NCBI GenBank assembly: GCA_964016885.1
Contig: OZ024741.1
Span: 354,640,001-354,704,000, forward strand
Length of the DNA stretch: 64,000 nucleotides
DNA from: Eledone cirrhosa
Lineage: Eukaryota
Direction of reading: 5' to 3'
The translations under genes and the position numbers were made by a program. Shown here piece after piece: positions 28,316-43,579 of the stretch (position 1 is its first letter; the number at the start of each line of letters is the position of its first letter). The notes under the pieces were generated by a model. The model made no database searches. It was not told the origin of the DNA and worked only from the letters and a program-made list of their open reading frames with translations.

Positions 28316-28325
28316 TATATATATA

Positions 28326-28366
<41 letters not shown>

Positions 28367-28402
28367 GTCTATATATATTTGTATGTATATATATCTATAT
28401 AT

Positions 28403-28477
<75 letters not shown>

Positions 28478-28665
28478 CGCGCGCGCGTGTGTATTAGGGC
28501 ATAAATACTTCTATATCACAAACTAAAGAGTGTTTTTTGAGGTTCATGTGAGTCAAGCCAGCACACACACGCACACACATACACGCATGTATGTATATAT
28601 GTATGTATGATAGGTTTGATGTAGTTATACATATTTCATACGCACACACATATATACGTAGAAAT

Positions 28666-28858
<193 letters not shown>

Positions 28859-28949
28859 CACATACACACACACACACACATATATATACACACACATATA
28901 TATATACACACACACATATATATATATACACACATATATATATATATAT

Positions 28950-28994
<45 letters not shown>

Positions 28995-29171
28995 TATATA
29001 TATATATATACATATATACATACAGGTACACATATTTATATGTACGTATCAGTTTAGCAAACGTTTATTATAACGCCCGCTTTGTCCGTTTGTAAACAAG
29101 CGAACAGCCTGATTTATGCCATACGGTGTTAAGGCAACCACGTCACCTTTTTGTTCAACACTGACACAGGA

Positions 29172-29214
29172 ACGATGTACTAGTTTCAAGCTTGTTAGCT
29201 ATCATCAGCACCGT
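29172..29214 (-). ncRNA. minimal type I hammerhead ribozyme
   Basis: acggtg-CTGATGA-t agct aaca agct t-GAAA-ctag-TA-catcgt; GUA site, palindromic stem III. Confidence 0.8.
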
Positions 29215-29456
29215 ATACCCTTCTGCCAGATAGTTGAACGTTCGAAAGTATATACTTTCCTTATGAAAATTAACGGCTGAGCAGCCTAATTTGCATATCG
29301 AATGAGTTCAGTCGGCCAGGCGTACCGAAAACGATAAGTTGTAATATAATGAAACGAAATTTCATTTCTCACTCTTAGTATGGCACTTACTTAAATGTAA
29401 GTATGTATGTATACGTACATACATATATGTATACAGACGTACAGTAGCATGCATAT

Positions 29457-29513
<57 letters not shown>

Positions 29514-29662
29514 CAGGTACACATATATATATGTACGTATCAGTTTAGCGAACGTTTATTATAACGCCCGCTTTGTCCGTTTGTAAACAAGCGAAGGGCC
29601 TGATTTATGCCATACGGTGTTAAGGCAACCACGTCATCTTTTTGTTCAACACTGACACAGGA

Positions 29663-29705
29663 ACGATGTACTAGTTTCAAGCTTGTTAGCTATCATCAGC
29701 ACCGT
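29663..29705 (-). ncRNA. minimal type I hammerhead ribozyme (second copy)
   Basis: identical to 29172-29214; the third copy at 37010-37052 has TTGATGA. Confidence 0.8.
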
Positions 29706-29877
29706 ATACCCTTCTGCCAGATAGTTGAACGTTCGAAAGTATATACTTTCCTTATGAAAATTAACGGCTGAGCAGCCTAATTTGCATATCGAGTGAGTTC
29801 AGTATACATACATACTTACATTTAAGTAAGTGCCGTACTAAGAGTGAGAAATAAAATTTCGTTTCATTATATTACAA

Positions 29878-29927
<50 letters not shown>

Positions 29928-30016
29928 CATATATATATATACATGTACATATATATACATGTACATATATATACATATATATATATATACATATATATAT
30001 ATACATATATATATAC

Positions 30017-30065
<49 letters not shown>

Positions 30066-30093
30066 CATATACATATATATATATACATATACA

Positions 30094-30159
<66 letters not shown>

Positions 30160-30195
30160 CATATATATACATATATATATACATATATATACATT

Positions 30196-30271
<76 letters not shown>

Positions 30272-30277
30272 CATATA

Positions 30278-30434
30278 TAAGATCAAAAGATGGTTAAAGG
30301 AGTTCCATGTATTTTATTAAAATTTCAAAAACAAACATCATCATGCAATAATATTTGTGTTTTCATCAGATAAAACAGGAGAACATGATATGAAGGCTAA
30401 AAAACACTTGTGGATAGTGTAGTTTTAAATCAAC
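30278..30434 (-). mobile_element. solo mini-element with decayed hammerhead (30310-30375)
   Basis: homologous to 42172-42330; CTGATGA and GAAA intact but stem III reduced to TTT; (TA)n on both sides. Confidence 0.7.
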
Positions 30435-30465
30435 ATATCATATACATACATATACATACATATAG

Positions 30466-30576
<111 letters not shown>

Positions 30577-30577
30577 G

Positions 30578-30636
<59 letters not shown>

Positions 30637-30643
30637 TAGATAC

Positions 30644-30676
<33 letters not shown>

Positions 30677-30718
30677 CATATAGATAGATAGATATATACA
30701 TATATATATATATATGTA

Positions 30719-30752
<34 letters not shown>

Positions 30753-30768
30753 TATTGTTATACTTATC

Positions 30769-30802
<34 letters not shown>

Positions 30803-30869
30803 GATACATATATATATATATAGATACATATATATATATATAGAGACATATATATATATATATAGATAG

Positions 30870-30908
<39 letters not shown>

Positions 30909-31061
30909 TACATATATATATATATATATAGATACATATATATATATATATATAGATACATATATATATATATATATATATAGATACATATATATATATA
31001 TATATATAGATAGATAGATATATACATATATATATATATATATATACATACATATAGATAG

Positions 31062-31092
<31 letters not shown>

Positions 31093-31148
31093 CATATAGA
31101 TAGATACATACATACATGTATATATGTGTGTATATATATATATATATA

Positions 31149-31191
<43 letters not shown>

Positions 31192-31623
31192 GTATATATA
31201 TATATGCGTATATATATATGCGCGTCTATCTACGTTCACACATACGTATTCAGTGGGCGTTAAACCTGTTTTGAGACGCAGCCAACGTGACATAACAAAC
31301 GCCCAAGCTAAAAATGTGCTGACGTGGGGTGGTGGGGTGCGTAGGTTCCACCCTAATTTCACACCCTCTAACCCTGGTAACCATTGTTATTCCATATGTC
31401 TTGTGGTGGTGGTGGTGATGGGCAGTCATTCATATTCTATCCCAAATACGTTTTTCGTATCTTAGTTATCCATGTTGTCATCACAGATAGCCTTGAGAAA
31501 TTGAATGAATGAAAATAATATGTGAAATAATACAAGTAAATCCTCATCATCATCATTATCATCATCGTTATCATTATCAGCAGCGGCAATATTGAATACA
31601 GTAGTGGTGTGAATGTATCATAG

Positions 31624-31780
31624 CATGGCTGAATGGTTCAAAAGCTCGCTTCGTAAATTTGACGTCCTGGGTTCGATTCCGCAGCATAGCATTTTGGAAA
31701 AGTGTCATTTACGATAACCTCGGACCGATACAGACCTTGTGTGTGAAATTGGGTAGACGGAAGCTGTTTGGAAGCTCGTA
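31624..31780 (+). mobile_element. tRNA-derived SINE of a third family
   Basis: A box tggctgaatgg, B box ggttcgattcc. Confidence 0.6.
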
Positions 31781-31959
31781 ATTCAAAATATCAGCCTTAT
31801 TACAGGTAATGTCGTGCTGAATCTCCCAAAGAGTTATGCAAATGAAATGTTCAGTCATTTGCACGCTAATGTATAAAAAGAAAACCCACCAATGTTTTAG
31901 AGAAAACATTTAGTCGTTAAAAAAAAATTTAATTTTATTTCGTAAATATTAGTTTATAA

Positions 31960-32312
31960 TTTAAACACAATGCTAGCAATGTTGGTGGGGTGGGATAGAG
32001 GATAAGCTGTTTATATTGACCTCAGTGCTTGATTGGTACTTTAATTCATCCAACTAGAACGGATGAAAGGCTAAGTTGAACTGGGTGGGATTTGAACTCA
32101 AAACGAAAAGAACACGAACAAATACGCACAGAACATTTTGTCCGACGTTTTAATGATTCTGTCATACCCGCACCCTTGTCCTTGTCAGACTTTCTCATGA
32201 TTCTGTCACACCTCCTGTCCGACGTTCTAACGACTCTGTCACACCACCCTTGTTCGACGTTCTAACGACTCTGTCACACCACCACCCTTGTTCGACTTTC
32301 TAAAGATTCTGC
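31960..32312 (-). mobile_element. dominant-family SINE with tandemly amplified 5' head
   Basis: SINE body 31960-32150, then about 5 units of tgtccgacgttctaacgactctgtcacacc. Confidence 0.7.
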
Positions 32313-33112
32313 TAATCCTTGGAATTTAAGAACCCGTCTCTTTTTATGAATGTTTGAAGTTCACAGTTGTTTGAATATCTAACAATGAACTGGTGAACAA
32401 TTTCAACTAACAGATTTAGGAAAAGATGAAATACAAATTCATGAGGATATTAAACTCTAATTATGTGGAACATGCATGAAATAGCCTGCTGGTGAAAGAA
32501 AGACAATTAAATGCGACATTTGTCTAAAGATATGATTTCTAGATTCTTCCATATACGAATTGGTGGAGTGGTTAGAGCGTAGGAAAAAATACCCTGTGCC
32601 ATTTGTTTCGGCTCTCTGTGCTCTAGGTTCAAATCCCGCCGAGATCAACTTTACCTTTCATTCTTCGAAGAAGGTGGAGGGGTGGGGGTGATAAAATAAA
32701 ATACCAATCTAGGGTGGTAGATTATTGGAATTGTTAGAATGTCAGAGAAGAATCCTTGTGGTATTTGTTCAGGTCCTTTGCAGACTGAGATCAAATCCCA
32801 CTGTGGTCTACTTGGGTGGTAGATTTAATCCGCTGTCCTGTTTAACACTGCACACCTAACTCTTGACAGAATTCACTGTTGTAAAATTTTGACCAGGTCC
32901 TGATTTGTGGATAACATTCTCTCATCCCATCAGTCACAAAAGCCCGGAAAACGACCATGGACACTGCCTTCATGGTTAAACAATAAAAATATATAACACT
33001 GAAATAGTGGTGATCAAAATGATTAAATAATTTACGTAAACCAGCTGACTGGTTGGTATATCAGGTTATCGGTAAACAGAGTTTTCTTTCAACTCCCACA
33101 TTTCTTAATGGC

Positions 33113-33156
<44 letters not shown>

Positions 33157-33227
33157 GCCATTAAGAAATGTGGGAGTTATATATATATAAAAGAAGAAAT
33201 TAAAAGATGGTTAAAAAAAGTTCCATA

Positions 33228-33294
33228 TATTTTATTATGCGCATTTCGAAAACATCATCCTGTGACAAAAATTGTGTTCTCATCAGATAAAATA
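33228..33294 (-). ncRNA. type I hammerhead ribozyme
   Basis: tattttat-CTGATGA-gaacac..gttttc-GAAA-tgcgca-TA-ataaaata. Confidence 0.8.
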
Positions 33295-34177
33295 AGGTAA
33301 CATGATATGAAGCCTAAACACACTTGTGAACAAGAAAGTGTACAGTCTACATATGACAAAAATATAAGAGTAAGAGAAAAATAGTAAAAATGAAGAAAAG
33401 GAAAGAAGGAAAAAGGAAAAAGAAATAGAAGAGAGGAAAAAAGAAAGAAAGAAGGAGGAGAGAGAAAGAGAGAGAGAGAGACTTTTGATCAGGAACGCTG
33501 TCAAAATGAAAACAGCTGTAAATAACGGCTAAAAAAAAAAAATAAATAAATTGATGAGGTGTATATGCGAATATTACAAATATTAGAGGTCTAGAATATA
33601 GAAACTGGGTATATTATTTTATATTGGGTTTGAATACTAAAAATTGGATTAAGAAATGTAAAAAAGTATTAATAAAATAAAATTAAAATAAATAAAATTA
33701 AAAAAGGTTTAAAAAAAAACCCATTTTTTTTAAAAACCTTTTTTATAATTATTTTTATTTTATTTTATTTTATTTTATTTTATTTTATTTCATTTTACTA
33801 ATACATTTTTACATTTCTTAATCCAATTTTTAGTATTCAAACCCAATATAAAATAATATACCCAGTTTCTATATTCTAGACCTCTAATATTTGTAATATT
33901 CGCATATACACCTCATCAATTTATTTATTTATTTTTTTAGCCGTTATTTACAGCTGTTTTCATTTTGACAGCGTTCCTGATCAAAAGTCTCTCTCTCTCT
34001 CTTTCTCTCTCCTCCTTCTTTCTTTCTTTTTTCCTCTCTTCTATTTCTTTTTCCTTTTTCCTTCTTCTTTCCTTTTCTTCATTTTTACTACTTTTCTCTT
34101 ACTCTTATATTTTTGTCATATGTAGACTGTACACTTTCTTGTTCACAAGTGTGTTTAGGCTTCATATCATGTTACCT

Positions 34178-34247
34178 TATTTTATCTGATGAGAACACAA
34201 TTTTTGTCCCAGGTTGATGTTGTTTTCGAAATGCGCATAATAAAATA
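34178..34247 (+). ncRNA. type I hammerhead ribozyme
   Basis: 8-bp stem I tattttat/ataaaata, CTGATGA at 34186, GAAA at 34228, palindromic stem III TGCGCA, AUA site. Confidence 0.82.
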
Positions 34248-34375
34248 TATGGAACTTTTTTAACCATCTTTAAATTTCTTCTTTAATATATACTCCAGTT
34301 CTACCAACTGTTGAGTGCTAATTATCTGATATATGCATAGTTTTATAGTTCTACAATATTACTCACCTCCTACAT

Positions 34376-34409
<34 letters not shown>

Positions 34410-34526
34410 TATATACATCTTTATATATATACATATACATATATATATATACACACATATATATATATATACACACATATATATATATATACACATATAT
34501 ATACATATATATATATATACATACAC

Positions 34527-34557
<31 letters not shown>

Positions 34558-34562
34558 CACCC

Positions 34563-34635
<73 letters not shown>

Positions 34636-34834
34636 GCCGTTGTTCGCACCAACCTGAGGTATATGGCCCTTAAAGCGATGAAATGCCTAGGACGGTTGGA
34701 GGGTCACTGATGAAGGACTCACTTTTTTATATGTAACCCATTTGCAACGCCGCAGCTCCATTATTATCATATATATATATATATATACACACATATATAC
34801 ATACACACATATATATACATATGTATATACACAC

Positions 34835-34891
<57 letters not shown>

Positions 34892-34927
34892 TATATATAC
34901 ACACATATACATATATATATATATATA

Positions 34928-35333
34928 CATGGTGGCTGCCAACTCGTTTTCGAGTACGGCCACTACTTTATATCCATGTAGGAGAACCCTACCGATGCCC
35001 TGAACGAGTGTGACCCTCCAGTCCAGCCAGCGACTTGAAAACTCCGGCACAAACACCACACCTGTGACAATTACTGACACATAGTGCTGGGCCCTGTGAT
35101 GACAAGTGCAGAGAGATCTCCAGATATAAGGGCAATGCCTGTGCCGTGAAGCTTTTATAGTGAGCAAAGGCACTGCACAAAGCCAGTCCCACTCTCTTAA
35201 CCAAGATGATATTTACCAAAAAGAAGAACAAGTTAACATCATTGGATACCATCAGAGTTGCAGGTGTTATATCAGAGTTTTCCTTCTCCTAGAATTTTGC
35301 CTTGACAAAGGCTAAGGGGTCATCTCTCCCGGA
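34928..35333 (-). mobile_element. probable RTE (Expander-like) 5' UTR fragment
   Basis: minus-strand ccttagcctttgtcaaggca..tctagagaaggaaaactctga motif; related copy at 45050-45360. Confidence 0.45.
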
Positions 35334-35334
35334 T

Positions 35335-35370
35335 GTATATATATATACATACATATATATATATACACAC

Positions 35371-35443
<73 letters not shown>

Positions 35444-35456
35444 CATTTATATATAT

Positions 35457-35487
<31 letters not shown>

Positions 35488-35504
35488 CATACATTTATAT
35501 ATAT

Positions 35505-35569
<65 letters not shown>

Positions 35570-35570
35570 C

Positions 35571-35607
<37 letters not shown>

Positions 35608-35612
35608 CATAC

Positions 35613-35656
<44 letters not shown>

Positions 35657-35672
35657 ATACATATACACACAC

Positions 35673-35714
<42 letters not shown>

Positions 35715-35838
35715 ATATATATACACATATATATATACACATATATATATATATACATATATATATATACATACATATATATATACATATACATACATAT
35801 ATATACATATACATACATATATATATACATATACATAC

Positions 35839-35869
<31 letters not shown>

Positions 35870-35938
35870 CATACATACATATATATATATACATACATAT
35901 ATATATATATACATACATATATATATATATATACATAC

Positions 35939-35969
<31 letters not shown>

Positions 35970-35994
35970 CATACATATATATATATACATACAC

Positions 35995-36027
<33 letters not shown>

Positions 36028-36255
36028 CATACACATATATATATACATATATATATATATACATATATATATACATATATATATACATATATATATATAT
36101 ATACACATATATATATATACATATATATATACATATATATATATACATATATACATACATATATATATATATACATATATATATACATATATATATATAC
36201 ATATATATATATATACATATATACATATATATATATACATATATATATATATATG
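35335..36255. repeat. long interrupted (TA)n/(TACA) low-complexity tract; similar tracts at 28665-29030, 29880-30278, 30435-31220, 34375-34635, 38948-39186, 41420-42105, 42335-42590, 43306-43822
   Basis: read directly; source of the IY/YI pseudo-ORFs. Confidence 0.95.
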
Positions 36256-36258
36256 TAT

Positions 36259-36700
36259 ATCATTGCTGTAGTGGAGTCTGTGCTGCTGTATGGGTCTGAG
36301 ACTTGGACACTGACCAAGAAACTCACTCAGATGGTGGATGGGTGCTACACGAGAATGCTGAGGATGGCTCTGAACATTAATCAGTATACGCTGAGGATGA
36401 AAAACTCAGAGCTGTATGGGAGCATCCCAAAAGTCAGCTCAAAAGTGACACAGAGGAGACTGAGGTTGGCTGGACATGCTCACCGACATCCAGAGTTGAC
36501 ATTGCACTCAGTGCTCCCTTGGGAGCCCCTACATGGACACACTAGAAGAGGAAGAGCAAGGTTAACATATGTTGATGCCCTAAGGACAGACACTGGTCTG
36601 TTGGAGATGCAGGATATGGCAGCGATAATGAGGGACAGAGACCGCTGGAGAGAACTCGTCCATGGATCTCGGGAATTTTACCCGCCTTAGATAGATAGAC
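36259..36700 (+). mobile_element. RTE-clade LINE 3' end with open frame
   Basis: [50 protein letters not shown], followed by a (TAGA)n tail. Confidence 0.85.
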
Positions 36701-36755
<55 letters not shown>

Positions 36756-36817
36756 CATATATATATAAGTATGTGTGTATACGTACATACATATATGTAT
36801 ACAGACGTACAGTAGCA

Positions 36818-36857
<40 letters not shown>

Positions 36858-37291
36858 CAGGTACACATACATATATGCACGTATCAGTTTAGCGGACGCT
36901 TATTATAACGCCGCTTTGTTCGTTTGTAAACAAACTGAACAGCCTGAATTTTTATGCCGTACGGTGTTAAGGCAACCACGTCACCTTTTTGTTCAACACT
37001 GACACAGGAATGATGTACTAGTTTCAAGCTTGTTAGCTATCATCAACACCGTATACCCATCTGCCAGATAGTTGAACGTTCGAAAGTATATACTTTCCTT
37101 ATGAAAATTAACGGCTGAGCAGCCTAATTTGCATGTCGAGTGAGCTAAGTCGGCCAGGCGTACCGAAAACGATAAGTTGAAATAAAATGAAAACGAAATT
37201 TCATTTCTCACTCTTAGTACACACATACTTACATTTAAGTGCCGTACTAAGAGTGAGAAATGAAATTTCGTTTTCATTTTATTTCAACTCA

Positions 37292-37345
<54 letters not shown>

Positions 37346-37413
37346 CAAGGTTTAGCAAATAATGAAAAAGTTTCAAAATAAATTTAAAAAAATTGACTTT
37401 ACCTACTATAGTT

Positions 37414-37497
37414 ACCTTTACCGATCGGTTTCGAATCCCAAAAATAAAACGGAGACCATACGGCCTTCGTTGCAAAGAAAGATTCTCGTCAGAAGGT
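37414..37497 (-). ncRNA. type I hammerhead ribozyme
   Basis: acctt-CTGACGA-gaatct..ggattc-GAAA-ccgatcgg-TA-aaggt; GUA site, palindromic stem III. Confidence 0.85.
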
Positions 37498-38097
37498 TCT
37501 TTTCATTCAAAGAATATAAAATTCCTGAATTTAAATTACAGACTAGCGCTATCAAAACTGTTCCCGGGATGAGAGTGGATGATGTAGAAACAGGTTTATC
37601 AAGGGCCGAATCAAAGATAGAGGCAGAAGGAGGTAGGTCAAACCAGCCACAGCTATCGCTAGCAGCAAACGACCAAATTTGTTCTCAACATTAGAGGAGG
37701 TAGTAGTAATAGGATATGTGTTCCTTCACGCACAAGGCGTTAAGGTACGCATGTATTGTCCAACCAAATGCCAGTGTGGTTCAATGGCGGGTTAATAAAT
37801 TAACGTGCCAGAACAAATATAAACAAGGTTTAGCAAATAATGAAAAAGTTTCAAAATAAAATTTAAAAATTTATTAAGCCGCCATTGAACCACACTGGCA
37901 TTTGGGGATTCCTTTCTTTGTTTCTGTGCCTCTCCTTTGTTCTGTCCTACGCCATTTTGTTTCTGTGTGTGTGTTGTGTGCTCAGTCTGCGCATGCGCCA
38001 CATCCGGGTGTCTGTGTGTGTTTATGTTCATTTATTTATTTGTTTATTTACATGTTACTGGTTGGTTGTTTGTTCTATGTGTGTTTTCATTTTGTCC

Positions 38098-38760
38098 TTA
38101 ATTGTAAGTTGTGATGTTGCTGTTCCACTCATATTTTCTATTTAATTTTGGTTGTAATTCTTTTATGTTTATTGCCTCTGTAATTTGTCTAAACATTGCG
38201 TCTTTTCTGTGTGTAGATTCTATTTTTATTTCTATGTTCTCTAATTTACTCTTGTGTTCTATTTTAGCATGTTGGTAGAGTACAGATGATTCTTTATTAT
38301 CTTGAAGGTCTCGCCAGTGTTCATTTATTCGTTCCCCTACACTACGAGCTGTCTCACCTATGTACACTATATTTTTGTCTCTACATTGTCCTTCAGTACA
38401 TCTTATGCTATACACTACATTTCTAGTTTTACAGTTAATATGGGGGCTTATTTTACGGGTTATACATTTCTTATCTATACATGAGGGTCTTTGAAAAGGG
38501 TATGTCTTGCTAATAAGTGTTTTTACGGAGGTACCTGGTCTTTCTACTATCTTAATATTGAGTTTATGTTTATTTAGGGCCCTTCTAAATTTGTAAGCTA
38601 ATTCACCTCTAGGGGTTGTATCGATGAACATTACACTCTGGTATTTATTGCTATCATACCATGAGTTTATTCTATTAGCCTTGTTCCTAGTTCTTTCTAT
38701 TCTATTCCAAAATTTGCTCCTATACAAGGGGCAGGTCCCATTTATGTCATTATTTACCAT
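38098..38760 (-). pseudogene. PLE thumb/linker plus GIY-YIG endonuclease, 5'-truncated
   Basis: VVY..YIG motif pair, conserved R, H, E and N residues; no RT core. Confidence 0.85.
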
Positions 38761-38960
38761 TTTTCCCCAGAGTGTGTGACGAAAGAACTATGACTATATA
38801 TAAACAACTATCTGGTTGTGGAACCAACCAACCAACCAGAAATTTATAAATTTATAAATTTATTATAAATTTATTATAATAAATTGAAGTGAAACAACTG
38901 GTGCGTGTGTTTCTTATTGGCAACATGACCCTCCCAAAGTATAACAATATATATATATAC

Positions 38961-39009
<49 letters not shown>

Positions 39010-39026
39010 CATATATATACATATAT

Positions 39027-39072
<46 letters not shown>

Positions 39073-39186
39073 TATATAAATATGTATATACATATATATA
39101 TATATATGTACATATATATATATGTACATATATATATATGTACATATATATATATGTACATATATATATATATACATATATATACA

Positions 39187-41420
39187 TTTATTAAAATAAC
39201 AGATTAAAGTTTAAGCAAAGAATCGCTGCTTTCACCCTTAACGGGATCTTCTGAAACTAACAAAGTCAATCTGTAAACGCAGAACTGGATATTTCAAAAA
39301 ACGTTGCAACCGGAGGAAGACAGGAAGACGATACTTTGGTTCGTGGTAACGTTCGCTGGCAAAGAACGGGAAAAAACGAATAATACGTCATTAATAGGAG
39401 CCGAGGTTGACTTTGCCTTTCATCCTTACGGGGTCGATAAAATAAAGTACCAGTAATGCACTGGGTAATTGCTGGCCTTGTGCCTAAAGTAGAAACAATT
39501 AATAGGAGCGGTGAAAAACAATTACGCGCAAAGACGAAACCACGTTTATGGCATAAAAGAGGTCGTAGACTAATGTTCTCTTAGGTGGTGCATAGAGACG
39601 TTCTCTGGCAATGAACGAAAAAACGAAGATAATAAGTCATATGTGGAGCGTGGAGAACAATGGCACGCAAAGACAAAACCACGTAAATGGTATAGCAGAG
39701 ATCGTAGACTAAAATTCTAACTAGGAGACCAAATGAATCTCCGCTACAGAGTTAAGAACAAAGTAAATAAATACAATACAGAAGTAATAGAAACAAATAA
39801 ATACATACACGCAAACAGATACGTACATACACAAGCATACGCAAAACCTTACCATGGGTATACAAAACCACGCACATATAAATATGTGTGTGTGTGTATG
39901 CTTGTGTACAAATAAATAAATAATTATATAAACGTATATAAGTAAATAAATACGTATATAACAAGCGCACACGCATACCTACATATAAATACACGAATGT
40001 TCGGAGACGTAAGTCAACTAAAACAAGAAGTACACATATACACACACCCACCATACGTTATAACCTGCACACTCACGCGGACGCAAAACTCCCGTATACA
40101 CATAGCCAAACCCTAAATACCAGAATATGTAAAAATTATACGCTATATCAGTCAAATATACCTACGAGAAGGTATACATACCTTCACAAAACATACGGGT
40201 AATATATACTTACCTATGCAAATAAGTAAAGGAATAAACAAAACATATACTTAGCTCCCAGATCAAGACGTAAAATATCCACGTATAGATCGTGCTATCC
40301 GTTAGGGTATAACGTGGGGCTGTAATACAGGAAAGTTTTGTGCAATTTATGTTTACAAGCCGAAATTGCCTCAGATTTTTTGTTTAAGATGTGGTCTGTA
40401 GCGTAGAGTATTTCCAGGGCCTCAGCGGCGCAGAGGTCACATGGTCTTTTATTTCCGTTATACGATCTAGCCCTAGCTAGGATCTCCCAGTGTAACTTAT
40501 ATTGGGTGTGGTTGTCTTTTAGACTCCAGATATAAGCTGAAAGTGACGTCATATTCCTTCTTAGAGGGTAACGAAAAGAATGGGTATGCATGTAAAGACG
40601 CTGCTTGAAACTATTGGCGGTTAACCCTATGTAGGCCCTACGGGACGTGGATGTTACAACCTTACATTTGTAGACAATGTTACTAGAGAGGCATTTCCCG
40701 GATAGGGGGCAATCAGCCCGATTCCTACAATTACAGTTAGTACTAACTACAGGGTTGCACGTGTTCCTACGGCTAGGTAGTTTAGCTAAATTTCAAGCTG
40801 TGATGTTATGTGCAAGGTTAGGAGTCGTAGTGTAAGAAATTTTAATAGAATTTCTATTAAAAATTTTACTATATTTATGTGTAGGGGGAAAATGCTTCGT
40901 AATAAGGGAAGAATTTTAGTCTACGATTTCTGCTATACCATTTACGTGGTTTTGTCTTCGCGTGCTATTGTTCTCCACGCTCCACATATGACTTATTATC
41001 TTCGTTTTTTCGTTCATTGCCAGAGAACGTCTCTATGCACCATCTAAGAGAACATTAGTCTACGACCTCTTTTATACCATAAACGTGGTTTCGTCTTAGC
41101 GCGTAATTGTTTTTCACCGCTCCTTTTAATGACGTATTATTCGTTTTTTCCCGTTCTTTGCCAGCGAAGGTCACCACGAACCGAAGTATCGTCTTCCTGT
41201 CTTCCTCCGGTTGCAACGTTTTTTGAAATATCCAGTTCTGCGTTTACAGATTGACTTTGTTAGTTTCAGAAGATCCCGTTAAGGGTGAAAGCAGCGATTC
41301 TTTGCTTAACCTTTAATCTGTTATTTTAATAAATATTTGCTCTACGGTTCTTATATATTTGATATATATTTTCCTTATCGAGCCCTCTTTGGATTTTAGT
41401 CTTCAATTTTATTATTATTA
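39187..41420 (-). mobile_element. 5'-truncated Penelope-like element with inverted pLTR
   Basis: minus-strand THKYSKIFNRNSIKISY..CNCRNRADCPLSGKCLSSNIVYKC..YIGLTANSFKQRLY..CDLCAAE..LNKKSE..CKHK (40295-40909); arms 39187-39718 / 40910-41333. Confidence 0.9.
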
Positions 41421-41771
41421 CATATATATACATATATATATATATACATATATATATATGTATACATATATATACATATATATATGTATACATATATATA
41501 CATATATATATATATACATATATATATATATGTATACATATATATACATATATATATATATACATATATATACATATATATATATGTACATATATATATA
41601 TGTACATATATATATGTACATATATATATATATACATATATATATACATATATATATACATATATATATAAATATGTATATACATATATATATATGTACA
41701 TATATATATATGTACATATGTACATATATATATATGTACATATATATATATGTACATATATATATATGTAC

Positions 41772-41802
<31 letters not shown>

Positions 41803-41927
41803 CATATATATACATATATATATATACATATATATATATATACATATATATATATATGTATATATATGTATATATATATATATGTATATATATATATGTA
41901 CATATATATATATATACATATATATAC

Positions 41928-41960
<33 letters not shown>

Positions 41961-42039
41961 CATATATACATATACATATATACATATACATATATATATA
42001 TACATACATATATATATATATACATACATATATATATAT

Positions 42040-42102
<63 letters not shown>

Positions 42103-42226
42103 TATGTAGGAGGTGAGTTTTATTGTAGTACAATAAAGCAATGCAGATATCGGATAAGAAGCACTCTACAGTTGATTTAAAACTGCACTATCCACAAGTG
42201 TTTTTAACCTTCATATCATGTCCTCC

Positions 42227-42297
42227 TATTTTATCTGATGAAAACACAAATGTTATTGCATGATGATATTTGTTTTTGAAATGCGCATAATAAAATA
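42227..42297 (+). ncRNA. type I hammerhead ribozyme in a solo mini-element (42106-42330)
   Basis: tattttat-CTGATGA-aaacacaaatgttat..atgatatttgttttt-GAAA-tgcgca-TA-ataaaata. Confidence 0.82.
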
Positions 42298-42468
42298 CAT
42301 GGAACTCATTTAACCTTCTTTCGATCTTATATGTTATACACACATATATATATATACACATATATATATATATACATATATATATACATATTTATATATA
42401 TACATATATATATACATATATATATATAATATATATACATATTTATATATATACATATATATATACAT

Positions 42469-43393
<925 letters not shown>

Positions 43394-43418
43394 CATATAT
43401 ATATACATATATATATAC

Positions 43419-43521
<103 letters not shown>

Positions 43522-43522
43522 C

Positions 43523-43579
<57 letters not shown>

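Larger units (their letters stand above)
29020..29880 (-). mobile_element. partial tandem dimer of a hammerhead-bearing mini-element (491-bp period)
   Basis: 29020-29310 repeated at 29511-29800; third copy 36775-37290; right end carries an inverted self-fragment. Confidence 0.8.
33190..34284. mobile_element. about 1.1-kb palindromic (fold-back) element with a hammerhead near each end
   Basis: arms are near-exact reverse complements about 33720; TA runs outside. Confidence 0.88.
37346..38948 (-). mobile_element. composite Penelope-like relic: pLTR with hammerhead, GIY-YIG ORF fragment, inverted terminal piece
   Basis: ORF 38098-38760 (-) with C..C..C-KTRNVVYSIRC..YIGETARSVGERINEH..RQITEAINI..PKLN; 37346-37745 recurs at 43824-44224. 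Confidence 0.85.

Noticed and set aside
32138-32312. CRISPR-like short repeats
   Set aside because: No unique spacers, no cas genes, eukaryotic context; the units derive from a SINE head
34928-35333. HDV-like ribozyme expected in RTE 5' UTRs
   Set aside because: I could not assemble the nested double pseudoknot by eye; it needs a descriptor search
35289-36690. Long ORFs (up to 462 aa) rich in I/Y/H/T or C/V
   Set aside because: Translations of stop-free microsatellites; only the RTE tail from 36259 is real coding relic
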